Shown in pieces: positions 28,123 through 42,432 of a stretch of DNA of 64,000 nt. Origin of the DNA: Callorhinchus milii. Taxonomy: Eukaryota. Made by a program: the position numbers and the translations under genes. Below the pieces are notes generated by a model. The model was not told the DNA's origin. It was given only the letters and a program-made list of their open reading frames with translations, and did no database searches. Each line of letters starts with the position of its first letter. Position 1 is the stretch's first letter. The DNA is taken from NCBI RefSeq assembly GCF_018977255.1, contig NW_024704743.1, positions 98,272,001 to 98,336,000 of the forward strand. The letters run 5' to 3'.

Positions 28123-31100
28123 TCCTGCTCTGAGTGATGCTATTTCATTTTTGCTTGAAGGATTTTTGCCAGCCAGTTAGGAGAGTGAACAGTAATAATG
28201 ATGATCCTTGCATTTGATATAGTGCCTTATCATGTCTTCTAGATGTCTCCAAGTGCTTCACAGATTATACTTTAAAGTGAATTGACTGTATATTTGTGGG
28301 CGAAAGACAGCCAATTGCACACAGCAGTGTCCCACAAACAGTTGTGGATTGAGTGACCAAATTATTATTATTTTTTTTAGGTATTATTACCCCCAGAAAA
28401 GTGATCCGCCTATTGACTAAACAGAGGCGTGTGGAGTAAGGAAACTTGCCCAACATTTCACCCTGCTGGGAATAGAACCCAGGTCCCTCGCTTGCGAGCC
28501 AAGTGCTCTAACCACTGAGCTACAGGACTCCACAACTCCAGGAAGCAATATTCAACTAGATGAGTTGAATAATGTCTGTATTTCCTCTCACAAAGATGGA
28601 ACACCTAACTGATGTGTGACACTCCATCTTGTAGCACACATGAAAACTAAACTAACTCAAAGCAAGTGATCTTGATTGAAAGGTTGTCCTGGAACTCATG
28701 ACCCAGTAAGGAGCCAGACATACAACCTTTTGCTCCACTTTGCCTTTGATTGTATTATAACTTACGCAGCAACTAAATTAATTAAGGATTTCAGTTCACT
28801 CTACAGTTTTTTCATTTTATTCTCATTTTCTGTTTCATTTTGGTGATGTATTTGATTCTCTTCCCTTCTATCTAATCCACTTATTCTCTGGCAAGCCAGG
28901 CACTCTCTTTATCAAATAAATGCAATTAATTCTTGATGCAAAATGACACTGCCTAATAATAATCCTTGCAGTTGATAGAACGTCTTTCACTTTGGGAGAA
29001 TGTCTCAAAGAGAGTCAAAGAATCTTACGGTAAAGTATGGTGATTGTGTATTTGTAGGTGAGCGTGGCAGTCAATTTGCATACAGTAATGCCCCACAAAC
29101 AGCAATAAAATTAAAAGCAATTTTATTTAGTGGGTTGCTTCCCAGAACACTGTGAGTAACTCCTTTTTCTTTTCAAGTAGTACCATGAGATCTTTAAAGT
29201 CAACCTCTTCAGGTAGACAGCACCTCAGATGAACATCTCATCCAAAGGAAGGGACCTCTGACAATGCAGCACAACCCCAACACTGTACTGGAGTATCAGT
29301 CTACGCTATGAGTTTAAACTCCCAAATTGCAACCTTCTTACTCAGAGGCAAGAGTGCTACAAACTGAGCCAGGCTGACCGACACTGGAAATATTTTAGAA
29401 ACAACTAATCTCTGGACATCCCAAATCAGGTGCCAATAGTCAATAGAATAAGGCTGACACTGAATACCACCTACTACTAGACTTATGCTTGGAGAATGGC
29501 CACTTGGCAAGGAACCAGAGGGCTACCGGTGCCCATGGTATCATACTCCATCAAACTATATATTACTTACAGTCTTAAGAGAAGAAAAAATCTGAAAAAC
29601 AAATGTGGAAATAAGCAGGCCTTATTCAATTCATATAGCTATAAATGAAAATAAACTGGTAAATATTTTTACACGTTGTATAAATAAACATAAACTTTAC
29701 TCATTGAGATGCTACTCCGTGTGAAGGGCGCTATATTAATGCAAGCTGTTGTTGTTCACAGAAACTTACATTCTGCTTTGTTTGAAATTAGGTTTTGAAA
29801 GTTCCTCTAAATATTTTAATTAAAATGGATGTCACACAGCATCATGCAAAAATAAAATGCAGTTAATACTGACAAATCGTCACTAGTCACCAGTACTAGT
29901 CACATAATTGCTTCTAAAGTTTTCTTCTATCACCCAGTCAGGATCAAATATTCAAACTTTGACATTTATGAAAAACTGTCGATGCCAGATATCAACAATG
30001 AAACCAGAATAGATCAGGTCAGTCAGCATCAGAGAGAGAAAGAGGTTGATGCTTTAGATGTGATCCTTTATGAGACCACTGAGTACTTCTCCAACTCTCG
30101 GGTCTAATATATCGTCTTGCCCAATATGTTACCTAACTTCCTCTTTCAGGTGCAGGTTGACCTACTGTGAATTTCCAGCAATTTCTAGTTTTAAATCAAA
30201 CCACTGGGCATTCATCACTAAATATAAATTGCTAGGGTGTCACAAGGTCTCCATAATGAGTTCTTTAGAAGAGATCGATCAAATCCTTTGATCTCCAACA
30301 TTTTCCTAAGATCTTGATTGGTTGAAATAGCAGTACAAGTATAGATGTTAAGGATAAATGAGACATTTGCTTTGGTATTTTCTTCCACCCACAAAACTAT
30401 AGATATTGTATGTGCACAGTACAGATATTCCGATTGATATTCTCCGCAATCTTCTGTTTTTTGGACATTTTTTTAAAACTTATTTTCAATTGACTGCAAT
30501 TTCTTTAAAAAAATTCCATAGTTTTTACAGGAAAAAATTAAACTTCAAAGCTTCTTGCCATGTTCCATAAGTTTGTTACTGATGAGTAAAAAATCCACAA
30601 CTATTCCATCTTCTGCCTTCCATCATGTTTTTGGCAGAATGCCAGTTCCCTCATCAAGAACCGTCACATTCAATAAAACAACATTAAAGTACTTCTCTAA
30701 TACCATATCATCATACTAAAGCTACTTTAAAAGAATTCAGTTGACATTTGATCATTATTTGCTTCAAATGGAATCACTGTAAACAACTAGTTGCAGATAG
30801 ACTAAGATTTATTTGTCACGTTTAAGACAGGAATAACACATTGATCAGTAGGTGAAACCTTGATAGAATGTTTGGATTTCCTAACACAGTCATCTGCACA
30901 TATAGCCAGTTCAAGAGTGCCAGCCTGACAACATCAGTTAATAAACATTGTAATTTTCACCCCATTATTTTGCTTGATAATTCCAGCCCATTTTTCAAAT
31001 TACTGGACAACTTTTTTAATCTGAAATTTAACTGTAGATTGCCATTAAGTGGGTATTTTGGTTAAGATTACAGGTATTAAGCATGATTTTTACACAGTCA

Positions 31101-32682
31101 TTGTCACTATTTCTACACTTCATGGAATGTCACCTTCCAAAATTTACAGTAGTAACTATATGAAACACCTCAGGTTTTTGGAAAATCTATTACGGTTAAA
31201 AAGATTGTGACTCCTTTTGTCTAATATTGAACTGTGAATTGCGAATCGGCCCATTGGCAGGGTAACTTGAATATTTTACAACAATGTTGGTCAGTATGTA
31301 GATAATGTGAAGATTTTCCACTTCCTGCAAATCTACAAGACTTTTAGAGATAGCTTACTCTTTAAAACAATATGTTTGCAAAGTTGAACTGACAGCTGCA
31401 ACTAACAAAATGAAAGAACAGTGAACATTTTCCAGTTCACCTACAGATGTCCAAGGGAGTATAATTTACCCCCGGTAATTTAAGAAGTCTGAAAATCACT
31501 TTCCTGACCTTATTACGCTTTTTAAAAACAAATAATCTCTGGTGCATATAATAATACTCTTTATATTTGAAATAGAGTAGCACGTTTAAGATCGACAATG
31601 TGTTAAAGTGTTTCACAAAGGGAATTTGCCCACAAATAAAAATAAGTAAATCCGCTTCACAGGAAATCCTGTAAAGCACTTTGGGATGCTCTCCTGATGT
31701 GAAAGGTTGTATACCAAATGTAAGGATTATTATTATGAAAGTTCCTGTGAAGTGTAATGACTGTACATTAGTAGATAGGCAAACGTGACAAGATAATTTA
31801 TACACAGCAATAACCCACAAACAGCCATGAAGCGACTGACCAATTTATCTGGGATTGTTGGCCAGGATACTGGGAGAAAACTACCTTCTCTTTTTGAATA
31901 GTGAACCATTCACTTGAACAGGCAGACAGACCTCTAGTTAACGTCTCAGCAGAAGGACAGCACCTCTGCTCTAGCAGAGATTCCCGAGCACCGCATTGAT
32001 GCATTAGTGAGTTCAAGTCCCAACGTAGGGTGTGAATGTACAACCTTTGACCCAGAGGCAAGAATTCTACCACCTGTATCAAAAGAGAAGTAACCGGAGC
32101 ATTTTGAGGATGAAATGGGTCCAAGATATTGGCAATGAAATATTGTAATCGAGTCTATTTTCCCCCGCAGTCTTGGCAGTGCAGTTTCTGAGTCAGGCAG
32201 GTCCACTGCATTTGAAAGAACTGTTAATGATGGACCAGTCAGCCTGTCTCATCAGCAGAAGCAAGTTGGAGGTGCAGAACTGTGGGGGCAGGGATTGTTT
32301 TCACTCGGTTCCTCTTGTTCACCCTGCAAGTGAAAGCCCTAATGGATTGGGGGTATTTTCAGCTTGACAATAGTGGGAAGCCATTGTATTTTAGCTTTTT
32401 GACTTCTAAAAAAACCCCCACAGAATCCCATGAACCAGCAGCAGATCCAAAAATGGAATTGATCTTTTCTAAATGTAATATCTGGGTGGTTTTGTACATT
32501 TAGTTCCCAAACTTGGCGAGGGGCAGACTCCCTGTAAACTGTCAGCAATTTGTAGTACATAACTTAATTTTACCAAAATTAGAAAGCTTGGAGTGACTTC
32601 TCTTTCTTCCTTCAGTTCACTTCATGAAATGCTAGTTTGAGTTCTTCACCGATGAGAATGATGTTAGTGATCACATACTGAC

Positions 32683-32717
32683 CAGATAGAACATTCGATA
32701 CGATCAATATGGCATGG
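32683..32717 (-). CDS. Exon F (35 nt, phase 2 to 1); HAILIVSNVLS(A). The exon would start at 32731 (VKFASHAIL...) if an unseen exon intervenes
   Basis: aatttgccag|CCATGCC...CTATCTG|gtcagt; joins E and G in frame. Confidence 0.6.
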
Positions 32718-34021
32718 CTGGCAAATTTGACCTTTAAGTTACAAAACCATCAAATTCTTCCCTTTCTTAAATGAGACCAAACATTAACTTTTTAATTGTC
32801 AAATTTTCTATGTAAAATAAATCATTGCCAACATTTGAAACACCCAATTCTGTTTTACATATTCATACAGAAACATGTACATTGAATTAGCAAACTGTCT
32901 ACACCTAAAGTACAGAAGTATTTTAGTTTGTTACAGAAAATCCTGCTTTAAAATCCAGGAGCATTTGATTCCTGATCAGGGAATATAATTTTGTGGCAAA
33001 CAACTTATCCAGCAACTATTGCCTGTTAACATAATGTCTGAGCAAGTGAATTCCTGATAGAAATTTCCATTTTTGAAAGTAAGGTCTCAATTTAATGTAT
33101 TAAAAAGGATTGGTGAAGGCACATATGTTCAATGAAAAAATATAACAATAATAATAATCCTTGCATTTGATATAACACATTATCACATTTTCAAGGCATC
33201 TCAAAGCACTTTGCAGCATGTATTGTAAAGTGAATTGACTGCATATTTTGTGTATCCAAAATTATTGAATGTAACAACACTCCACAACGCTTTGAAATAG
33301 ACAGCAAGGGGGCTGTATAAACAGCTCAGAGTTTGGTGGAAAGGTTAAAGCAAGGTGGACCAGCAGCATGCTCAATCTTGTATTTTTAGTCACTGAATCT
33401 GTCCTCGTATTGGCAAGAACCTTATTTGTATTAGTTTTTGTTTAAATAATTTATAAAATAATATCTGACTTTATACCATGCACTCCTTCACAAGAGCTGT
33501 ATTAAGCACTTATTTATTTAGTATATGGTGTTATGAGCACTATTAATGTAAGCTGCATCTCACTACTCGCTGGTGTAGCACGGAACACCCACCAGCACCT
33601 TGTACTGTCATGCTGTGCCATGGTGTGAAATGCCATAACATTTATGGTACTCCTGCAAATCCGAAGCTGTTAACAAGAAGCAAATATTGTATATTTCAAT
33701 TATACAGTACTATAAATTAAGCAATAATAAATATTCCACGTACATCCAGCAATCTTTAAAAAAAACTAGCTTGTTCGACTAACAGCTTGACCAACTCAGC
33801 AAAGCATAAAGCTCAATGCAAGTTCGACCCCAATCCTGTCTGCTAAGATGCTTTCCACCTTTAATCCCTTCTCAGTTCCATTCTACTCCATCCTCACACA
33901 GTGATGCACTCAGTTCCAAACCCACCCCGGTAGAGAGCAAAATATATACAGGAACCTCATAACAATAACCCACAAGATCTAGCTGGTTTTAATGTTGAAG
34001 TGAAAGCAGAGCTGAGTCAAC

Positions 34022-34076
34022 AACAACAACAACAAGATTGCATTTATAGAGCGCCTTTCACGTCGGGAGGACGTCG
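34022..34076 (-). mobile_element. Very short L2 insertion (stem-loop plus tail)
   Basis: GACGTCCTCCCGACGTGAAAGGCGC plus (TTG)n; possible TSD CAAC. Confidence 0.85.
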
Positions 34077-34842
34077 CAACTCTCTGTGGTGGATTCAGTG
34101 ATCCAGTCCTTCAGGCAGACAGGACCCCAAATATCCCAGAGTATTTCTGATGATTAACCAGTCTACCTGCTTCACCAATGGGGTTTGGCAAGGTTGGCAT
34201 GTAACTGGGACAGTTCCCACACCGCTCATAAGAACCCTGCCCTCCGAATTCCATTGGTAAGCAGAGGGTTCCTCGCCAAATAATCTTCACTAATGATCTT
34301 GAACAGTAGTGAGAATGTGGAACCTGTGATCTCTTCTACATAGATTGGTTTCAAAGTCTAGGCTTTAGAAGTAAAAGGACAGTGTTCAAACACACAACGT
34401 CACCCACCCAGGTGGTTCCTATGGTGAGGGTTTCATTCTGCTTACAGCAATGGAAAATCCATCTGCCCAAGGATAAGCAATATAATTTATAACTATGACT
34501 GGTATGACTACTACAGCATATCCAAGTTTCACAGACACATCAACAGTCGTATCATCATGCAACCTAGATCATCACAGAACTCGCTATACAAGTGAATCAT
34601 TTCCTCATTTAAGAATAAAAGAAAGGATGAAAGGCCCACTCCTTCAAAGCAATGCAAAATCCTACCCAATATATCTCCAGAGGGAAAGTATTGTACATAT
34701 ACCATCAGCTTTACATTTTATTTTTGTGTTTCATTAATGATAAGTTGAAAGCATTGTGATGTCTCAAAAGAGAAAAAGTTAAAACTGGGATACAGAGAAG
34801 TCATTATTAAATCTTATTGCTATAGGCACATTGGTTCCCTAT

Positions 34843-35550
34843 TTTTTTTTGGTTAGCCGAGTGTCTGACACGTAGAAACCCATCACCATGCTTAAAAATG
34901 TCTAAACCAGACTGAGTACTTGCCACCTAGACACATAGATTTCTCTGGATCTTGAATGGAATGCATACTTTCTGGAAGGATGCATTCTGCTTACTTAATT
35001 CCAGTGAGGATTCAACACAGGTTGGCAAGAATAAACACTTGGGGACCTAGAGTGTGTTGGGATATTGCAGCTGGTGGTTATGCAGCTAAAACCACATAGC
35101 ATGCTACTGAAAGCACTGACTGGCAAGCTTCACATTTCACCTGTTGGGGCTTTTGCAGGGTTAACAGAACTGAGTGGGAAGAATCCATGCCTCCAGTGAC
35201 AAAGTTTTGCTGATGAGCCAGACTGGCTGATTTCTCATTAACAGTCCCTTGGAGTAAAACAGACTTTCCTGGCTGTGTCACCAGAGTAACGAGAGTGCCA
35301 CAGAGGTTTGGCTCAATTCCAACATTCCACTGCCAAGCACATCAGACTGGAGTCTGATGTCACCAGCTGGTCGTTTGACATCTGACACGCCAGGTTTGAA
35401 ATGTGTGACACAATTGCCACCATCCTCCTGTTCACAGGTCACAGACACACATCCTACCCATTCAGCGATGTGTACCAGTTGGAAGTGTGGTGCTTGAGCA
35501 GCAGCTGCTTACCTCTCTGCATATCAATTAGAGTGGAGTCCAAGCCCTGG
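34843..35550 (-). repeat. Unclassified interspersed repeat, copy 2 of 4
   Basis: Reverse complement is collinear with 56880-57666. Confidence 0.8.
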
Positions 35551-35820
35551 CATACAAGAGCTTTTTTGAGGATTGCATTTATTTATGACTAACCCAGGAG
35601 ATATACTAAGCCAGTAACTGGAAGAATGGCAGTGATCCTATAAAATATTATCAAATACAATTTTGATACATTTGGGAGGTTGCTAAGATATATGTAGATT
35701 TCCAATCAGCATGTGCAGACAACTGTGGCAAACTGGACTATATTTCCCTGGTGTCTGAGGTCTTGCCTTTGTGCTATAGTAGGGAAGGAAAAACTAAAAA
35801 TTATCATCTCTATATCTTAC

Positions 35821-35850
35821 TTGTCTTCTGGTACTTTACAACCTGAAGTC
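35821..35850 (-). CDS. Microexon E (30 nt, phase 2 to 2); TSGCKVPED(N)
   Basis: aatatttaag|GACTTCAGG...GAAGACAA|gtaaga; phase fits. Confidence 0.55.
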
Positions 35851-38671
35851 CTTAAATATTTGTTCAAAGGAAATTATTTTTGCTCAGACACAAATCAATT
35901 TCTATATATTGAACAAACTTTGCTTCTTAGGAATGATTCAGGAATAATAATCCTTGCATTTGCCTTATCATGTCGTTGAGATGTCTCAAAGTGTTTCACA
36001 GGATTTTACTGTGAAGTGTAATAATTGTTTATTGAACACAACAGCCAGATTGCGCACATCAGTACCCTACAAATGGCCATGAAGTAAGGACCAATATTAT
36101 TTGGGAGATCGTTGGCCAGAGAAACAGTAGAAACTCCCAATAAAGGGCATGTTTGAATTATATGGTGGTTCCCATTAAGAGACTAGGAGAAATACATTTT
36201 ATCTATCTTACGGATTTCAAAGTAAACCCGGCTAAAGGTGATAAATATGCACTACAATTCACTCTCATAATAACATAGCTTTAAAATCAAAGTGACTTTA
36301 TTTACACTACACCTCCTTATGCCCAATTAAAACAATTGGCCAGCAACAGATGGACATCAACTTGAGAGCAAGAGGCAGAGCCAATATCACGATAGCATTT
36401 GCTCTGGTATGTATGCTGCCAGGCAATCTTACTGCAACTCAGTTTTTAGAGATCACATTTTGAGACAGGAACAATGTTTACGTGATAACATCTTCAGAGT
36501 CAAAATGTTATGAAGCCCACCTACAGAGAAACAAGTTTCTGCACTGCTACAACTAGGTTGCCAGGGTTCACGTTGCCAGATTTCTTCTTGATTCCGGTGT
36601 CCCAGCCAACAATCCCCTAAATAAAATTGGTCATTCACTTCATGGCTGTCTGTGGAACATTGCTGTATACAGATTTGCTGCCAACGTCGCCTACAAAATA
36701 CACACAGTTACACCACTTTACAGTACTTCCCATAATGCTTTCAGACGTCTCAACAAAGTGATAAGGTTACAACAAATGCAAAGATTATTATTATTTGACT
36801 TGAACCCATACCAGACCCACATGGGCAACAATGCAGGTAATACAAACAGTGCAGAGGCAGAATATCAGGGCACAGAAGTGGAAAGCAAACTCTCTGTTGA
36901 GGGTTAAGAATTCATAATTAAAACAATATTTTAATCTTATTAAACATGAAGGTGGGGGCTAAGGTGGTATTACCACTACAACTACGTTTAAAAAAAATAA
37001 TCCTTGCATTTGATATCACATCGTTGAGATAGTAGGATAGCATCCTCAAAAGCATTTCACAGGATTTTAATGTAGTGTAATGACTGTGTATTAGGCTGTG
37101 TGTAATTTAATAATCAATCACATGAACAGACAATATCCTTAGCAATAGATTTGGAAGTGAACAATTCTCCAACGCTATTGATTCAATACTACTCCACTTT
37201 TGTTAAGTGGGTAAGGACCACTATTTTTCCTGACTGTAGGAGTAGTGCTTCAGTGCTCTTCAGTTAATCCAGATGTTTTTTCTTTTTGTAAACTTATTTT
37301 TAAGCCAGAAACTGGTGAAGTAGCACAGAAACAATATTCATCCAGCTGAGAATAATAGATGTCCCCTCTGCTCGTTTGCTACAAAAAGACAGCGTCAATG
37401 TTGAATCTTGAGTGCTGTTCAGAGACACCACAGCAGTCATCAAAAGAAAGAGAATCAGACTGAATTGTCTCATGACTTAAACCTAAACTCTCATTTTGAC
37501 AGTAAGCACAGAATTCTGCCATCTAGATTTTCCTGTTCTACCCTTTTAAGCTGATAGAAGGCAGCTCGAAAAGAGTTGATCATACGTCAGCAAGGATGGT
37601 ACAACTCAATCTTTCATTAATGGACTGTAAGAAGAGGGAGTGAAGTTTGCTCCAGCAGGGAACAAAAATGAGCAAGGAAGCAATATCAGCCAAGTTACAT
37701 AGTGTTTTCTGTCTCTACTTTCTAATATTCTTAAAGTGCTAGGAAGATTAAAAGACGAAATATAAAAGCTGGAAGCATTTTAATAATGTTTGTGAAAGCA
37801 GCAGAGGGATCGGTATTGGTGGGCCATTAACAAAAGTATCACTGGATAATATTTACTTATTGGCTATGATTAAAGTCATTTGTGTTTTATGTACATTGCA
37901 CCACATGGTTGCTGGTTTAACAGCTATCAACCATATGCTCAGTTAAATGCTGCACTTTTCAATTTATCTGAAGTGGATTGCAGATCAATAGCTCATATTC
38001 CTTGGTAATAATTAGCTTCTCTGTAGCGCAGCTGTTGCGCCCCTATGAATTCAGTTAACTTCATATTATGCTATAAACTGATGGATCACAATAATTGCCT
38101 CAAACCCCTGAGCTGAGCATTAAGAGAAAATAGCAGGAATATGAGTGGATGGGTTAAAAAAACACACAAATGCGCCAACGGGAGATTGACACTGCTTTGT
38201 ATTCATGTAAATGGTGAAGTCGTAAATCTAACCGTTTCATGTCTAGGTAGAAAGTAACAGAGAAATATCGAAGTACATTATGCTGCAGCTGAGTAAGAAT
38301 TTTTAAAAGGAATGCAAAATACAGCAGTGGGAGAACAACTTCAAAAGCTGCAAAGTGTGAAGAGGTATTGGGTCCAGGAACACTAAAAGTGCCTCTGAAT
38401 GATATCATGGTAGCTATCACAAGAAAGAAAACTTAAAAGCACAGAATGGGTGGATGCAGGTTTGATCTCTTCTTTTGCTCAATTTCTGAGAAACAGCTCG
38501 CCAGTCAAAGAATCATCATCAAGGCCAGATGGTGGTTTTGGCATCTCTCATCAGAGAAGGAGATATTGGATGGGGGTAGCGGTGTCTATGTAACACATCA
38601 TGCCTAATGGCAGTGAGTGGAAGAGAGCAATAAGTGGGGTTGGTGCAGGTGGCTTTTATAATAATAATAGT

Positions 38672-38990
38672 GGAGTCCTGTAGCTCAGTGGTTAGAGCAC
38701 TCGCTTTGCAAGTGAGAGACCTGAGTTCAATTCCAGGCAGGGCAAAACCTTGGGCAAGTTTCCTTACTCCACACGCCTAATAATAATCCCTCCAAAAACC
38801 CCCCAAAAATAATAAATTGGTCATTTTCAATCTACGACTGTTTGTGGGACATTGCTGTGCGCAATTGGCTGCCGCGTTCGCCCCCAAATATACAGTCAAT
38901 TCACTTTACAGTGTGTTCTGTGAAGCGCTTTGGGACGTCCTCCCGACGTGAAACCGCTATATCAAATGCAAGGATTATTATTATTATTAT
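38672..38990 (+). mobile_element. Young tRNA-Ala-like SINE, short variant
   Basis: A box TAGCTCAGTGG, B box GAGTTCAATTCC, TGC anticodon arm, L2-type stem-loop, (ATT)n tail. Confidence 0.95.
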
Positions 38991-39993
38991 AATCCTTGCA
39001 TTTGAAATACCTTATCATGTCTTCAAGATGCCTCAAAGCACTTCACAGAATATACTGCAAAGTAAATTGACTGTATTTTGTGGGCGTATTGTGGCAGCCA
39101 ATTGCACACAGCAACAACAACAATAACAACAAAATTACATTTGTATAGGGCCTTTCACATCGGGAGGATGTCCCAAGGTGCTGGACAGTCAGTGTTTCAG
39201 ACAGGGAGAGGCTTATGATGTCTGTGAGTAGAGGGGCAAGGAGATGGAGCTGGGAGGTAAGGAGAGGGGTAGGGATGGGGTCGAGGGAGCAGGTGGGTCA
39301 GTTTCCTGTAGGTTATAGTGGCATGAGAGAGGGGTGGGCAACAGGTTAGAAGGTGTGGAGAGATGGATGGGTAGGGGCCGTGGTGAGAGGGGGAGATGGG
39401 GAGAGGGCAGTAGACAGAAGGGCAGAGGCAGCTGAGCGGATCCACTCGACTTTGGATTCAAGGAAGTCCAGTATTGCCTTGCAGTTGGCACTGGAGGTGA
39501 GAGAGGGTGGGCGGAGGAGTCGGTTGGTGATGAAGAAGAGGAATCTGGGGTTGTTCTTGGTCTCCAAGATTGTCTTGGAGTAGAACAACGATTTGGCGGA
39601 GGCGAGGGCAGAGTGGTAAAATTTTATAAGGTCCAGTTAGATCTGCCGATGGACCGTTAGGTTCGATTTAAGCCAGGTGCGTTTAGTGGCATGAACCTGA
39701 GCTTTAAGGGAGTGGAGGTGGCTAGTGGACCATGGTGACTTTCTTGAGTAAGCAGAGGACAGCAGTTTCCTACAAACAGTTATGGATTGAGTGATCAATT
39801 TTTTTTAAAAAGAAATTATTATGCCTGGAAAAGCGATTCACCTGTCAACTAACAACTCGGTTCCTACTTACTGCGAAGTAAACAGAGGTGTATGGAGTAA
39901 GGAAACTTGCCCAACATTTCATCCTGCCAAGAATCAAATCCAGATTCTCTCGCTTGAGAGACAAGTGCTCTAATCACTAAGCTACAGGACTAC
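38991..39993 (-). mobile_element. Long-variant SINE interrupted by an L2 insertion at 39114-39758
   Basis: SINE body resumes exactly after the TSD ACAGCA (39108-39113 and 39759-39764). Confidence 0.88.
39114..39758 (-). mobile_element. Internally deleted L2 (APE-RT linker fused to the last ~80 bp)
   Basis: FYSKTILETKNNPRFLF...ILDFLESK matches 22250-22520; terminal stem-loop and tail; TSD. Confidence 0.88.
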
Positions 39994-41663
39994 ATTTTCC
40001 AGGGGGAGTTTGCAGCAGACATGACACAAAGGGCCAAATGGCCCTCTGCTATGCTCTGAAAAACCTCAGTGCTGTAGAAATGATGCAAAAAGCTATCAAT
40101 AAAATGGCTTTGAATTGAGGTAATCACCCAATATCACTAACGAACAAATTGGTTTATGCTGGATATAGCTACAATGAAAGTTTCATATCAGCATGCTGAG
40201 AATTTCTAACTTGCGCTTGTGGAACAATCCTCAGGGTCTTCCACTCTTTTAAGGCAAAGTTTACTGTGTCAGGAGATTACAGAAAGGCTTAATTTTTCAG
40301 TTGATTCAAAAGAAAATGAAACCTATTTTAAAAACAGCAGAAAAATACCATTTATTTTAATAGAATGGGAGATATATGCAGTTCATGTCAACATACCTGA
40401 AATTTTTCAGTATAGCCTTAACATTATTGCCTTAAAATCCATGGTTGTGAAGAATTTCAAAATTCGTAAATTCAGTGGGTGTATTATATCTACAAATGTA
40501 GAATGCAACAAACAACAATGTAGCCCAGTGAAATTCTAGAATGAAGAACTTGTTAATATATATATTTACATTCAATATATTTCTCGCAATTTGATTGTGG
40601 CTTTTGTTACAGGATTGCTTTAAGGGGGTAATAATCCCTTCAAAGAAAAAAGAATCTGGTCATTCAATCCACGATTGTTTGTGGGAAACTGCTGTGTGCA
40701 ATGGGCTCCTGAGTTTCGCCCACAAAATACACAGTATATTCTGTAAAGCGCTTTGAGACAGCTCAGTGACTTGATAAGGCGCTATATCAAATGCAAGGAT
40801 TATTATTAGTAGTAGTATTACCAAACTGCACTACAATAATGTAACAGGCAGCAAAAGAGTAATATTTACAATGCAAAAATATTATACAATTAAAACCAGA
40901 TGGGCAATGTAGCAGAACAGCAGTGCAGTGGATTGCTACACCTCAGTACAGCAGAATGTGGGTTTGCTCTCAATTCCTCTCATGGCTAGTTCTTACTTTC
41001 GATCTCTACAGCTGTATGAATGCCATGTGCTTCTTCACAGATAAATGAACATTCAGGAACAAAAGCCCCTCCAGCCACTCGGATGCCATTGTTAATGGCT
41101 AGTTACAGAGCAGATTTGTTGGAGGCCTGAAAACATCGGCTAGAGAGGTAAGTAAGAGGAGAGAACAAAACTGTGAATAATAATACTAATTCTTGCATTT
41201 ATTATTGTGTGAAAGAATAGTTCACACAATAATAAAAATAATAATAATGCTTGCATTTGATATAGCACCTTATCACGTCTCCAAGACGTCTCAACGTGCT
41301 TCACAGAATATATTGTAATAATAATAATATAAGTGAATTGATTGTTTATTTTGTGGGTGAAAGGCGGAAGTGTCCCACAAATAGTCATGGATTGAGTGTC
41401 CATTTTTATTATTTTTTGTTTATTTTGCTTTGAAGGGATAACTCCACTGAGTACATTTACAAGTTTGGTTATTATACAAGTATTATATTATTATAAACTA
41501 ATCAAGTTCAGTCTATAATAATAAGAAGAAAGTCTATATGGATTTAGACCAAAAATAACCCAAACCTCTGGAGAAAGAAAATCTCCCATGTCTCTGGGGC
41601 AGAAAATGTACAAATAATAATCTGCAGTGATAGTAACTGAACAAAACCAATGGCATGCCTTAC

Positions 41664-41696
41664 CTGTAGTCATTAATCACAATCAAGGGATACATT
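41664..41696 (-). CDS. Microexon D (33 nt, phase 2 to 2); MYPLIVINDY(R)
   Basis: ttttctgtgcacag|AATGTATCCC...GACTACAG|gtaagg; only one frame is open and it is the one required. Confidence 0.7.
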
Positions 41697-42149
41697 CTGT
41701 GCACAGAAAATGATACTGTTACATGTGGCTCTCAGATAACAATCCCAGAAGTAAAGTTCCAGAGGCCTGAAAATATTTAATGCTCTTAGTTGCTTAGTCC
41801 TAAGATCATTATTGTAAGTTTATGATTTTGAAGAATTTTGAAAATTCTTAAAATTCAAACTCAATTTATAAATCAAGTTTCTGCAGTAATTTAATACAGT
41901 ATAGTGCTGGTTCACATTTATATCCTGAATTGGGTGAGGAGTCTGCAATAAGGTGGTAAATCAGCTGGCTGGGAGCATGCACAGTGAAAATGTCTATTAT
42001 AGGGAGGACTCGATTTTTATAACTCCAACATCTGCCTTATAGCGATGCTGCACTGTATTAATACTAAAAACAAGCTACATTCCTGCATAAATTAAATCTT
42101 TGCCTTTTTACAGGTTTCTTTTTATGTTCCTCTTGTAGATACCCAACTA

Positions 42150-42432
42150 CAGTCAGACCTTGTTTTACCACACTTCGGTCCATAAATAGTTCAGTCGCAC
42201 AATGGAGCAGAGCACACTAGGAATGCAGTATACTTCCACCCCTGCCACTCAGTACAAAGGCACAGAAGACTCCAGGTATTCCAGCATCACTGGAAAGCCT
42301 CATGTGGAGTGCTTGTGGCTTCCTGCATAGACCCAGCTACCATCCAGCAGCTCATTATTATCCCAAGATGTAGTAAGAGGCAGCGGTTGATTTTATGGAC
42401 CCAAACAACCGCATTATAACAGGGTCTAACTA
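42150..42432. mobile_element. Tigger/pogo-like MITE, 283 bp
   Basis: TA|CAGTCAGACCTTGTTTTA...GGTCCATAAA at the left end and TTTATGGACC...TATAACAGGGTCTAACTA|TA at the right: imperfect TIRs of about 40 bp. Confidence 0.78.

Noticed and set aside
31441..31488. Candidate exon LLKLPGVNYTPLDICR
   Set aside because: It is phase 2 to 2, while the F-G intron is phase 1
38672..38745. tRNA-Ala(TGC)-like genes here and at the other SINE heads
   Set aside because: The acceptor stem does not pair and each runs directly into a SINE body and tail, so they are retroposed heads
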